Source: an uncultured delta proteobacterium
GTDB lineage: Bacteria; Desulfobacterota; Desulfomonilia; UBA1062
Assembly: GCA_963752595.1 (NCBI GenBank)
Contig: CAVVYZ010000002.1
Span: 1 to 64,000 of the forward strand
Reading direction: 5' to 3'
Length of the DNA: 64,000 bases
The translations under genes were made by a program, and so were the position numbers. Under the pieces are notes generated by a model, which was not told the origin of the DNA, searched no databases, and saw only the letters and a list, made by a program, of their open reading frames with translations. Of the stretch, positions 20,427 through 30,834 are shown in pieces (the first letter of the stretch is position 1; each line of letters begins with the position of its first letter).

Positions 20427-22408
20427 ATGGATAAAGCAAGAAAACAGCTGAAGAACGGGCCATGCGACCTCGCATCCGTCGAGACGATCCAGAAGGCCGA
20501 GACGGACTGCGTGCGACCTGAGCTTTTTCCGCATGGACCGGCCAGAGGCACTCAGTGCGGCTTCGGACAAGAGCGGCGTGTGCTGCCGCATCTGCCACAT
20601 GGGCCCTGCCGCATCACCCCGAAGTCGCCGCTGCGGCGTCTGCGGGGCGGATGCCGACACGATCGTGGCGCGCAATTACCTGCGCGAAGTGGCCGGCGGA
20701 ACCGCGGCGCACTCCGACCACGGCCGGCACCTGGTGCTGCTGCTGAAGAAGATGGCCGAGGGCAAGGGCGGCGGCTACACCATCAAGGACGAGACGGCCC
20801 TGCGAACGCGGTCGCCCGCTGCTACGGCATCGACGAGCAGGACGTCGCCGTCCCGGAGCTGGCACTCGAGCTGGCCGAATCTCCTGCTCGCCGAATTCAC
20901 CTCCCAGGAAGAGCACCTTGAAGACCCTCGAAGCTGGCGCCCCTGAGACGCCAGGGCGTCTGGCAGAACCGGGATGTCAGAGCCCGCGGGCATCGACCGG
21001 ATGGTGGTCGAGTCCCTGCACCGCACCCACATGGGCGTGGACCACGACTACCGCAACCTCCTGCTGCACGCCTTCCGCACCTCGCTGGCCGACGGCTGGG
21101 GCGGCTCGCGCATCGCCTCCATCGTGTCGGACATCCTCTTCGGCACGCCGTCACCCGGTGCGCAGCAGCGCCAACCTCGGGCGTGCTGGGCGCGAAGACG
21201 GTGAACGTCCTCGTCCACGGCCACGAGCCGGCGCTGTCGGAGATGCTCGCCGTCGCTTCGACGCGACCCGGAGATCATCGCCTACGCGAAGGCAGGCCGG
21301 CGCCGAGGGCGTCACCCTGGCCGGCATCTGCTGCACGGCCAACGAAATCCTCATGCGCCACGGCATCCCCGTCGCCGGCAACTTCCTGCAGCAGGAACTG
21401 GCCATCATCACCGGCGCGGTGGAGATGATGATCACCGACGTGCAGTGCTGCATGCCGAGCCTGCCGGAGGTGGCGCAGGCCTATCACACCGAGATCGTCT
21501 CCACGAGCGACATCGCCAAGACCATCGGCGCCACGCACCTGCCGTTCGACGAAGACCACGCGCTACGAGCAGCGCCAAGGACGCTCCTCAAGCGCGCCAT
21601 CGACAACTTCAAGAACCGCGATCCGCAGCAAGGTCGCCATCCCCAAGGCATCGCAAGCCGCTGGTGGCCGGCTTCAGCGTCGACGCCATCAAGTACATGC
21701 TGGGCGGCACCTTCCGCGCCTCCTTCCGGCCGCTCAACGACGCGATCATCCAGGGCCGCATCAAGGGCGTCGTCGGCATCGTCGGCTGCAACAATCCCAA
21801 GACGAAGACTCGACTCCTACATCAACACCCTGACCGCGGAACTGATCAAGCGCGAACGTCCTGGTGCTCAAGACCGGCTGCGCGGCCATCGCCTCGGCCA
21901 AGGAGGGCATGCTGACGCCCGAGGCGGCGCTGGAAGAGGCCGGGCCGGGCCTGCGCGAGGTCTGCGAGGCCGTCGGCATCCCGCCGGTGCTGCACATGGG
22001 AAGCTGCGTGGACAACTCGCGCCTCCTGGAGGCCGCCACCGAGGTCGTGCTCGAAGGCGGCCTGGGCGACGACCTGTCCGAGGTGCCGGCGGTGGGCGTG
22101 GCGCCCGAGTGGATGAGCGAGAAGGCGGTCGCCATCGGCTGCTACTTCGTGGCCTCGGGCGTCGACGTCATCCTCGGCCATCCGTTCCACATCGGCGGCT
22201 CGGAGAACGTCACGCAGTTCCTCAACGAGGACGCGCAGGAGCTGTTCGGCGCGTCGTTCCACGTCTGCACGACGACCCGCATGAGGCGGCTGACAAGCCA
22301 TCATGGAGATCATCGAACGCAAGCGCGAGAAGCTGGGCATCAACCGGAAGGCCGAACGCAAGCTCTATCGACATGAAGGACAGGAGGGAGCTCGAATGTC
22401 TAAGTTGA
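20427..22408 (+). CDS. cooS: Anaerobic Ni-carbon monoxide dehydrogenase catalytic subunit (many frameshifts)
   Basis: CCRICHMGPC, GTAAHSDHGRH, LHRTHMGVD, VHGHEP, GICCTANE, DVQCCMP, GCNNPK, LHMGSCVDNSR and APEWMSEKA motifs. Confidence 0.93.
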
Positions 22409-24590
22409 TCTGTGCCAGCGCCATCGACGGCGCCATCGACTGGGTCGCCCGGGCCGAGGCCAAGCTCGACGAGGCCATCGCCGCCAAGGGCGAGGACTGC
22501 GCCGTCGGCTTTCCCGACACCGCCTATTACCTGCCGGTCATCTACTCCTTCACCGGCGAGAAGGTGCGAGACGCTGGCCGACCTGCGGCGGATTCTCAAG
22601 CGGGCCAAGGAGCTGCTGCCCGCACCGCCCGTCGGAGAAGGTCTGGCTGCCCTACCTGGGCAACACGCTGGACGCCGGCGTGGCCGCGCTGTTCGCCTGC
22701 GAGATCATCGAGGCCTGCAAGTACCTCATCGGCCCGAACCCGGTCGACGGCATCTGGCTGGGCGCGGCCAACGACGTGATCATGCGCGAGCGCGGCATCG
22801 AGTTCGTCGACGGCACCGCCCCCGGGTTTCGCCGCCATCACCGGCGCGGCGCCCGACCAACGAGATCGCCGTGAAGATCGCCCGGGAGCTGCAGGAGAAG
22901 AACCTCTACGTCTTCATGGGCGGCTGCACGAACGGCAAGCAGTTCGCCGAGCAGCTGGCCGAAGAAGGCGTGCAGCTCGGCTGGGAGACCCGGCTGGTGC
23001 CCTTCGGCCGGGACGTCTCGGCGCTGATCTACGCCCTGGGCTTCGCCAACCGCGCCGCGCTGTCCTTCGGCGGCGTCAAGCCCGGCGATTTCGCGGCCAA
23101 CCTGCGCTACAACAAGAACCGCATCTTCGCCTTCGTGCTGGCCTTCGGCGAGGTCGACGCCGGAGAAGTACGCGGCCGCGGCCGGCGCGATCAACTACGG
23201 CTTCCCGGTCATCGCCGACACCGACATCCCGCAGATCCTGCCCACCGGCGTCTGCACCTACGAGCACGTGGTCTCGCAACGTGCCGCTACGAGACGATGG
23301 TCGAGAAGGCCCTGGAGGTGCGCGGCTGCAAGGTCAAGATCACCAAGGTGCCGATCCCCGTGCCCTACGGCCCGGCGTTCGAGGGCGAGCGCATCCGCAA
23401 GGCAGGACGTCCAGGTCGAGTTCGGCGGCAACAAGACCACCGGCCTTCGAGTTCGTCACCATGCGTCGAGATGGACGAGATCGACGACGGCGAGATCGAG
23501 GTCATCGGCCCGGACATCGACGAGGTGCCGAGCCGGGCACGGCGCTGCCGCTGGCCATCTGGGTCGAGGTGGCCGGCCGCAAGATGCAGCCCGATTTCGA
23601 GCCCATCCTCGAGCGCCAGATCCACCACCTGGTCAACGGCGCCGAAGGCATCTGGCACATGGGCCAGCGCGACATCGTCTGGACGCGCGTCTCCAAGAGC
23701 GGCTTCGCCAAGGGCCTGCGCCTGCGCCACTACGGCGAGATCCTGCACGCCAAGTTGCTGTCGCGACTACCCGGCCATCGTGGACAAGGTCAAGGTCACG
23801 CTGATCACCGACCCGGACGAGGTCGAGCAGCGCCTGGCCGTCGCCCGCAAGGTCTACGACGAGCGCAACCGCCGGCTGGAGTCGATGACCGACGAGTCGG
23901 TGGACACCTTCTACTCCTGCCTGCTGTGCCAGTCCTTCGCGCCCAACCACGTCTGCATCATCACGCCGGAGCGGCTGGGCCTGTGCGGCGCCTACAACTG
24001 GCTGGACGGCAAGGCCGCCTACGAGATCGACGAGACCGGCCCCAACCAGCCGGTCAAGAAGGGCGAATGCCTCGACCCGGTGCAGCGGCATCTGGAAGGG
24101 CGTCAACGAGTACGTCTATCCGAACAGCCACAAGACCGTCGACTGCTTCTGCGCCTACTCCATCATGGACCAGCCCATGACCAGCTGCGGCTGCTTCGAG
24201 GCCATCTGCGCCTACGTGCCCGAGTGCAACGGCGTCATGGTCGTCAACCGCGAGTTCCTCGGCGACACGCCCGTGGGCATGACCTTCTCGACGCTGGCCG
24301 GCAGCGTCGGCGGCGGCCAGCAGACGCCCGGCTTCATGGGCTGCGGCAAGGTGTTCCTCACTCGCCGCAAGTTCCTCTTCGCCGACGGCGGCCACAAGCG
24401 CCTGGTCTGGATGCCCAAGGAACTGAAGAACGCTGCTGGCCGACGACCTCAAGAAGCGTTTCGAGCGAGCAGGGCGCTCCGGACCTGCTCGACAAGATCG
24501 CCGACGAGACCGATCGCCACCGACCCGCAGGACATCCGCGCCTACATGGAGAAGGTCGGGCATCCGGCGCTGAAGATGGCCGACATGGCG
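22396..24590 (+). CDS. acsB: Acetyl-CoA synthase subunit (many frameshifts; no stop at the expected C-terminus)
   Basis: FPDTAYYLP, YGPAFEGERIR, EVAGRKMQPDFEPILER, FYSCLLCQSFAPNHVC, PERLGLCGA, PMTSCGCFE, TPGFMG and HPALKM motifs. Confidence 0.92.
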
Positions 24591-24984
24591 CGCTTACGCA
24601 GCCAGGCAAGCGACTCGGCTGCACGCGGCAGAGGCCGCGGCCAGCGGAACGCCAGCCGCGGACACAGGCCGCGGCGGAGCAAGCTCGCTGCCGCGACAGC
24701 CGGCCGGGCCTGAGAACGGCGTACGTCCAGCGATCAGCTCGAGCGGCTCAAGGCCGAGCTCATCGGCGCAGATCAAGAGCGAGATCAAGCAGAGCCTGAC
24801 GCAGCGAGATCGTGCGCGGACATCATCGGCATGCTTGAGCGAGACGTTCCTGGGTACGAAGCTGCCGCCGAACAGTGCCGCTGCCGCCCGCCATCGCGGC
24901 CGCGCCGTCCACGGCAGCCCCGGCAGCGAGACGACCGCAGCGAAACGCGCCACGCCGCGCGAGCGCATCGCCGCGGTCAAGTCG

Positions 24985-25970
24985 CTTCAAGATCCGCAAA
25001 GAGAAGTGCGAACATGCCGATCATGCGACGGTCACGCTGGGCGCCGCGAAGCCAGAAGGCGGCACGCGCGGCACGGACGTACACGATCGGCGGCGCACAC
25101 TGCCATGCCCTTCCACCTCTGGGAAGGGCAGATGCCCAACCGCCCGCTGGTGGCCATGGAAGTCTTCGACCGCGTCAGCGAGAAGTACCCGCCGCGTCCT
25201 GCGCGAGATCTACGGCGACCTGCTGCAACAACCCGGCCGAGATGGCCAAGGCCTGCGTCGAGAAATACGGCGCCGACCTGATCAGCGTGCGCCTGGAAGG
25301 CACGCACCCGGAGAAGGGCAACCGCAGCGCCGGAGCAGGCGGTCGCAGCTGGTGAAGTCCGTGCTGGCCGCGGTGGACGTGCCGCTGATCGTCACCGGCC
25401 ACAACCACTTCGACAAGAACAACGAGGTGCTGAAGGCAGTCGCCGCCGGCCTGCGCGGGCGAGAACCTGCTGCTCAACTGGGTCGAGCAGGACAACTACC
25501 GCACCATCGCCGGCGCGGCCATGGCCTACGGCCACTGCGTCGTCGCCCAGAGCCCGATCGACGTCAACATCGGCCAAGCAGCTGAACATCCTGCTGACCA
25601 ACATGGACCTCAAGCGCGAGCAGATCGTCATGGACCCGATGACCGGGGCCATGGGCTACGGCATCGAGTACACCTATTCGGTCATGGAGCGCATCCGCCT
25701 GACCGGCCTCGGCGGCGACACGATGCTGGCCTGCCCGATGATCGTCTCGCCCGGGCCAGGAATGCGCCAAGATCAAGGAGCTCAAGGCGCCCGGAGAAGG
25801 ACATTCCCGGCCTGGGGCGACCTGCGCAAGCGCGCGGCGCTGTGGGAGCTGACCACGGCCACGAGCCTGCTCTACGCCGGCGCGGACATCCTGATCATGT
25901 ACCACCCGGAGGCGGTCGCCGGCCCTGAAACGCGACGATCACCCGCCTCGATGGACGGCGAAGCGACTAA
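24985..25970 (+). CDS. acsD: Corrinoid Fe-S protein small subunit domain (frameshifted; no own start codon seen, possibly fused to AcsB)
   Basis: TIGG...MPFHLWEG.MPNRPLVAMEVFD, VDVPLIV, AQSPIDVN, MDPMTGAMGYGIEYTYSVMERIR, WE.TTA and AGADILIMYHP motifs. Confidence 0.88.
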
Positions 25971-25979
25971 GGAGACAAC

Positions 25980-27337
25980 ATGGCTCTGACCGGACTGCAA
26001 ATTCAGAAACTGCTCCCGAGCACCAACTGCAAGGAGTGCGGCTCCAACACCTGCCTGGCCTTTGCCATGAAGCTGGCCGCGCAAGAAGGCCGAGCTCTCC
26101 GAGTGCCCCTATGCCTCCGACGAGGCCAAGCGCGTGCTGGGCGCCGCCAGCGAGCCGCCCGGTCAAGATGCGTCGCGCTTGGGTCCGGACAAGCAGCTCA
26201 AGCTCGGCGGCGAGACTGGTCCTCTACCGCCACGAGAAGACCTTCGTCAACCAGACCGCCCTGGCCGTGAACGTCAACGACACCGATGCGCCGGAGGCGA
26301 TCGAGGCGACGCTGCAAGACGGTCAAGGACTATCGTGCTGGAGCGCGTCGGGCGAGAAGCTTCGGCATCGACATGGTGGCCGTCACCCAGAAGGGCACGG
26401 ATGCCAGAGCCTTTGCCGCGCTGGCGGACAAGGCCTGGGAGCCGACCGAGCAGGCCGCTGATCCTGCGCAGCGCGGACGCCAGGCGCTCTGGCCGCCGCG
26501 GCCGTGGCGGTCAAGGGCTCGCCGCAGCGTCCTCTGCGCTCCGGCAGCCGGCAGCCGCCGAGGAACTGCTGCCGCGTTGCCAAGGAGAACGACCACGCGC
26601 TGGCCGTGACCGCGCCGGACCTCGACCACCTGGTGGCGCTGGCCGCCGAAACTCAAAGCGCAGGGCTTCAACGACCTGCTGCTGCAGTTCGACACGCACT
26701 CGCTGGCCGAGCAGTTCCAGACCAACTCCATCGCCCGCCGCGCCGCCCTCAAGGACAACTTCAAGCCGCTGGGCTATCCCGATCCTGCGCTTCATCGAGA
26801 CCGGCAACCTGCTGGACGACACCGTCGAGGCCGTCACCGAGATCACCAAGTACGGCGGCATCTGCGTGCTGCCCGGCTTCGACCCGGCCCAGATGGCCTC
26901 GCTGCATGACCCTGCGGCTCAACATCTACACCGACCCGCAGAAGCCCATCCAGGTCGAGCCGAAGGTCTACGCCGATCGGCGAGCCCACGCCCGATTCGC
27001 CGGTCTTCGTGACCACCAACTTCTCGCTGACCTACTTCATCGTCTCCGGCGAGATCGAGAACAGCGGCATCAGCGCCTGGCTGGTGGTGCCCGAATGCGA
27101 GGGCATGAGCGTGCTGACCGCCTGGGCGGCGGGCAAGTTCTCCGGCGCCACCATCGCCAAGTTCATCAAGGAAATCGGCCTCGAGGAGCAGGTCACGCCG
27201 GCGCGATCGTCATCCCCGGCTACGTCGCCCAGATCAGCGGCGAACTGGAGGAGAACCTGCCCGGCTGGAAGGTGCTGGTCGGCCCGCAGGAGGCGGCGAC
27301 CTCGAAAGCTTCGTCAAAGCCGTATATAGCGGTTTAA
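25980..27337 (+). CDS. acsC: Corrinoid Fe-S protein large subunit (frameshifted)
   Basis: MALTGLQIQKLLPSTNCKECGSNTCLAFA, YRHEKTF, NIYTDPQKP, TTNFSLTYF, GMSVLTAWAAGKF and VLVGP motifs; AGGAG SD. Confidence 0.92.
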
Positions 27338-27341
27338 GCGT

Positions 27342-29255
27342 ATGCCGAAGGTTACAATTTCTCCCTGCCGGGTCGGTTGTTCATGTCGCAGGCGGCACGG
27401 GTGTGATCGATGCGGCTCGCGCGGCAGGGGTCATGATCGACCTGCCCTGCGGCGGAAAAGGCACGTGCGGCAAGTGCCTCGTGCAGGTGACTGAAGGCGG
27501 CGCCGAATCGAAACCGGCCTCCGGGCTCCCCGAAGAACAGAAGGCCGCAGGGTTCATCCATGCCTGCCATGTCCACTGTGACCGGTGACGTTACGATCAC
27601 TGTTCCCGAACTGCCCTGGCAAAGAGCAGTTCGAATATCGATGACCGCATCGATCTCCTCGACGAGCCACATCCCTGAGACAGCAGACTCTGTCCCCGCT
27701 TTCCGGGAAGCTTTACCTCGAGGTGCCGAAGCCCGGCCGTGAAGACGGCCTCTCCGACCTCGACCGGCTCGAACACGAAGCCTCGAGCTAAACTGCAAGG
27801 CGGAAATGCACAATATCCTCTGTCCGTTATCCGGAAGCTGGCGGACACATTGCGCGCAGCAGGACGGCCGCGTCGACTCTCACCCTGGCCGGCGATGAAC
27901 AGCAAGCTCCATGTCATCGATGTGAGGAGCGGCCAGGACAAGGCCGGAACCTGGGCGTGGCCGTTGACCTCGGCACCACGACCATCTCCGTGCAGTTCTC
28001 GACCTGGCAGATTCAGAGATCCTCTCCACGCAGGAACGGGTACAACGACCAGATTCACTGCGGCCTCGACGTCATCAGCCGGATCAATTATGCCCGCACC
28101 CCGGAACGGCTGGAGGACTTAAGTCAAGCGGCCGTGCATTCCATAAACCGGCTCATCCGCGAAGCTGCTGCAAGAGCCACGTGTCAAAAGAGGACATCAC
28201 CTGCTGCCGTCGTCTCGGGCAACACCGTCATGACGCATCTGCTCCTGGGGCTGAATCCCGAATACATCCGGCTGGAGCCTTACACGCCCACCGTGCTGCG
28301 ATGCCCCGTCCTTCACCGCAGGCGAGCTGGGCATCGATATCCATCCCAGTGCGCTCGTCTCCCTTTCCCCTGCAGTGGGCAGCTATGTCGGCGGCGATAT
28401 CACCGCCGGCATCCTCTGACGGACCTGGCCAAAGGCAAAGAAGAGATCAGCCTGTTCATCGACATCGGCACCAACGGCGAGATCGTGCTGGGCAACGGCG
28501 ATTTCCTCATGACCTGCGCCTGTTCCGCCGGGCCCGGCCTTTGAAGGCGGCGGCATCGACTGCGGCATGCGCGCCACCACAGGGGCCATCGACCATGCCA
28601 CGATCGACCGCGAAACCGGCAGGGCCGAGTACTACCGTCATCGGCGGCGGCAAACCTACGCGGCATCTGCGGCTCCGGCATGATCGACCTCATTGCAGGG
28701 CTCTTTCTCACCGGCTGGCTCGATTCGTCCGGGAAATTCGACAGGGCAAGGCCGAGCCCCTTCATACAGATCAACGGCAGGCGTGCAGCCTACACCTTTG
28801 TGAGCGCCGATGCCTCGGGCACCGGCCGGCCGGTCGGCTTAAGCGAGACCGATGTCGAGAACTTCATGCGCGCCAAGGCAGCCATTTATTCGGCTGCATC
28901 CCTGATGCTCAAAGAGGCAGGGCTCGGCTTCGGCGACCTTTCGACGTTTTATGTGGCAGGCGGGTTCGGCCGGTTTCTCAATTTCGAGAATGCCGTGGCC
29001 GTAGGCCTTCTCCCGGACATTGCCCCCGATAAGTTCCGCTACGTCGGAAACGCGTCTCTTTCCGGGACACGCCTGTGCCTGCTCTCGAAGGAATCCAGGG
29101 ATACCCAGGAAGCACTGGCAGGACGGATGACCTATATCGATCTGAGCAATTTCTTCGGCTACATGGATCAGTATACGGCCGCGCTGTTCCTTCCTCACAC
29201 CGAGATCCGGCATTTCCCCTCTGTCAAGAAGCGTCTGCACGCATCCAGGCCGTGA
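27342..29255 (+). CDS. acsV: ASKHA-family reductive activator of corrinoid proteins (RACo/AcsV) with N-terminal 2Fe-2S domain (frameshifted)
   Basis: PCGGKGTCGKC, AVDLGTTT, DVISRI, SGNTVMTHL, IDIGTNGEI, SAGP, GICGSG, AGGFG and VGNASL motifs. Confidence 0.88.
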
Positions 29256-29477
29256 GCCGGTCGTACGCCGGCTGATCCTGTTTCCGCCCCGTGATCATGC
29301 ACCTGCGTTTGCCTCCGGAACCTCGGCTGCGGGAACCAGGTCTACGAACCCATTGCCTGCCCCGGTATCAGTGAAGACACGCACGATGAAATCAAACGCA
29401 TCCGGCAATGCATGCACAAAACGCACTCTCGCCCTGTCGGAGACCGTGCCATGAATGTTCTCTTCATGCAAACCTCC

Positions 29478-30665
29478 TCACTCTCGCTTTTCGAGGAAAG
29501 CCAGTGCCAGCTTTGAGAGGATCGTTGCCCCGATATCCATGGCGGATTCGTCGAAATCGAACTCCGAGCTGTGAAGGGACTTGGTCAGCCCTTTTTCTAC
29601 GTTGCCTGCGCCCAGGAAGAAGAAGCACCCCGGGACGCGCTCGAGGTAGAACGCCATATCTTCGCTTGCCATGATGGGGGGTATCTCGATACTCGTGTCT
29701 CTCCAGGGGGTTTCAGCCACGGTGTGCAGGAGGAGGTCCGTCATTTCGGGATCGTTTGCCAGGGGAGGGGAGCCGTGCTCGTAATCCAGCTCGAAGCTTG
29801 CCTTCATTTCGGTTGCGATATCCCGGATAACGCTCACCATGGCTGCAGGGAAGCCTGCCCTCACGTCCTTGTCCAGGGTTCTCACAGTGCCGGTGAGCTC
29901 CACCTCTTCGGCGATCACATTGGAGGCAGTGCCTCCCCTGATGGTGCCGACATTGATGAGCGCGGACTGCAGCGAGGCATCCACCCTGTTGAGCTCCCGG
30001 AGGGCTGTGATCAGGCGGGCGCTCGTCTGGATGGCATCTATCCCGCCTTCGGGCATGGAAGAGTGTCCTGATTTGCCCTTGATCAGTAAACTGAAAGAAT
30101 CCATGGCCGCCATCATGATGCCTTTGCGCCAGCAGATGGTGCCTGCGGGTATGGCGCCGAAGAGATGGAGGCCGAAGGCTGCATCCACTTCCGGGTTCTC
30201 CAGGACATCCTCTTCGATCATGCGCCGGGCGCCCCCGATCCTTTCTTCTGCAGGCTGAAACACGAACTTGACGTTCCCCGTGAAGTGCCCGCGGAGGCGT
30301 GACAGAACAGACGCCGTCCCCATCAGGATCGCCATATGGCCGTCATGGCCGCAGGCGTGCATGATGCCCTTGTTCGCCGAACAATACGGGGCATTGCTCT
30401 TCTCCTGGATGGGCAGGGCGTCCATGTCCGCCCTGAGCATCACGGTCCTGCCCGGAGCGGTGCCTTTCAGCAGGCCCACCACGCCGGTATTCCCGACCCC
30501 TTCGCGAACTTCCATTCCGAGCCCTTTCAGGTACGCGGCTATGATGCCCGAGGTGCGCTTCTCCTGAAAGCCCAGCTCCGGGAACGCATGAAAATCCCGG
30601 CGAAGACTGATCATCTCCCCGCTGATCTCGGAGACCATCTGAGCGATGGACTTAATATTCTTCAT
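29478..30665 (-). CDS. M20D-family amidohydrolase
   Basis: FPELGFQE, LRADMDAL, MHACGHDGH, FQPAEE, SEDMA and LHS..FDFDE motifs. Confidence 0.92.
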   Translation of the reverse strand: MKNIKSIAQMVSEISGEMISLRRDFHAFPELGFQEKRTSGIIAAYLKGLGMEVREGVGNTGVVGLLKGTAPGRTVMLRADMDALPIQEKSNAPYCSANKGIMHACGHDGHMAILMGTASVLSRLRGHFTGNVKFVFQPAEERIGGARRMIEEDVLENPEVDAAFGLHLFGAIPAGTICWRKGIMMAAMDSFSLLIKGKSGHSSMPEGGIDAIQTSARLITALRELNRVDASLQSALINVGTIRGGTASNVIAEEVELTGTVRTLDKDVRAGFPAAMVSVIRDIATEMKASFELDYEHGSPPLANDPEMTDLLLHTVAETPWRDTSIEIPPIMASEDMAFYLERVPGCFFFLGAGNVEKGLTKSLHSSEFDFDESAMDIGATILSKLALAFLEKRE

Positions 30666-30834
30666 TAAATCTATTATATCAGAATTACTGCCGGTTACGA
30701 TATGCTATTCCTGCGGTTATATTCTCTGACCATAAGGCCGATAGAAAACTAAAACAGGTTATTTTGACCACGTTGCAATTTGATGGATGCCGGCAATGGA
30801 TGACGAAGAAGCAAGCGCTTGCAGAAGGGCAGTT

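Noticed and set aside
22412-24799. 795-aa ORF as a novel protein
   Set aside because: It is a mosaic of in-frame AcsB segments and off-frame GC-rich translation caused by indels
15928-29255. Calling the CODH/ACS genes pseudogenes or programmed-frameshift genes
   Set aside because: Indels are numerous and scattered without slippery motifs while catalytic motifs are intact; consensus error is the simpler explanation
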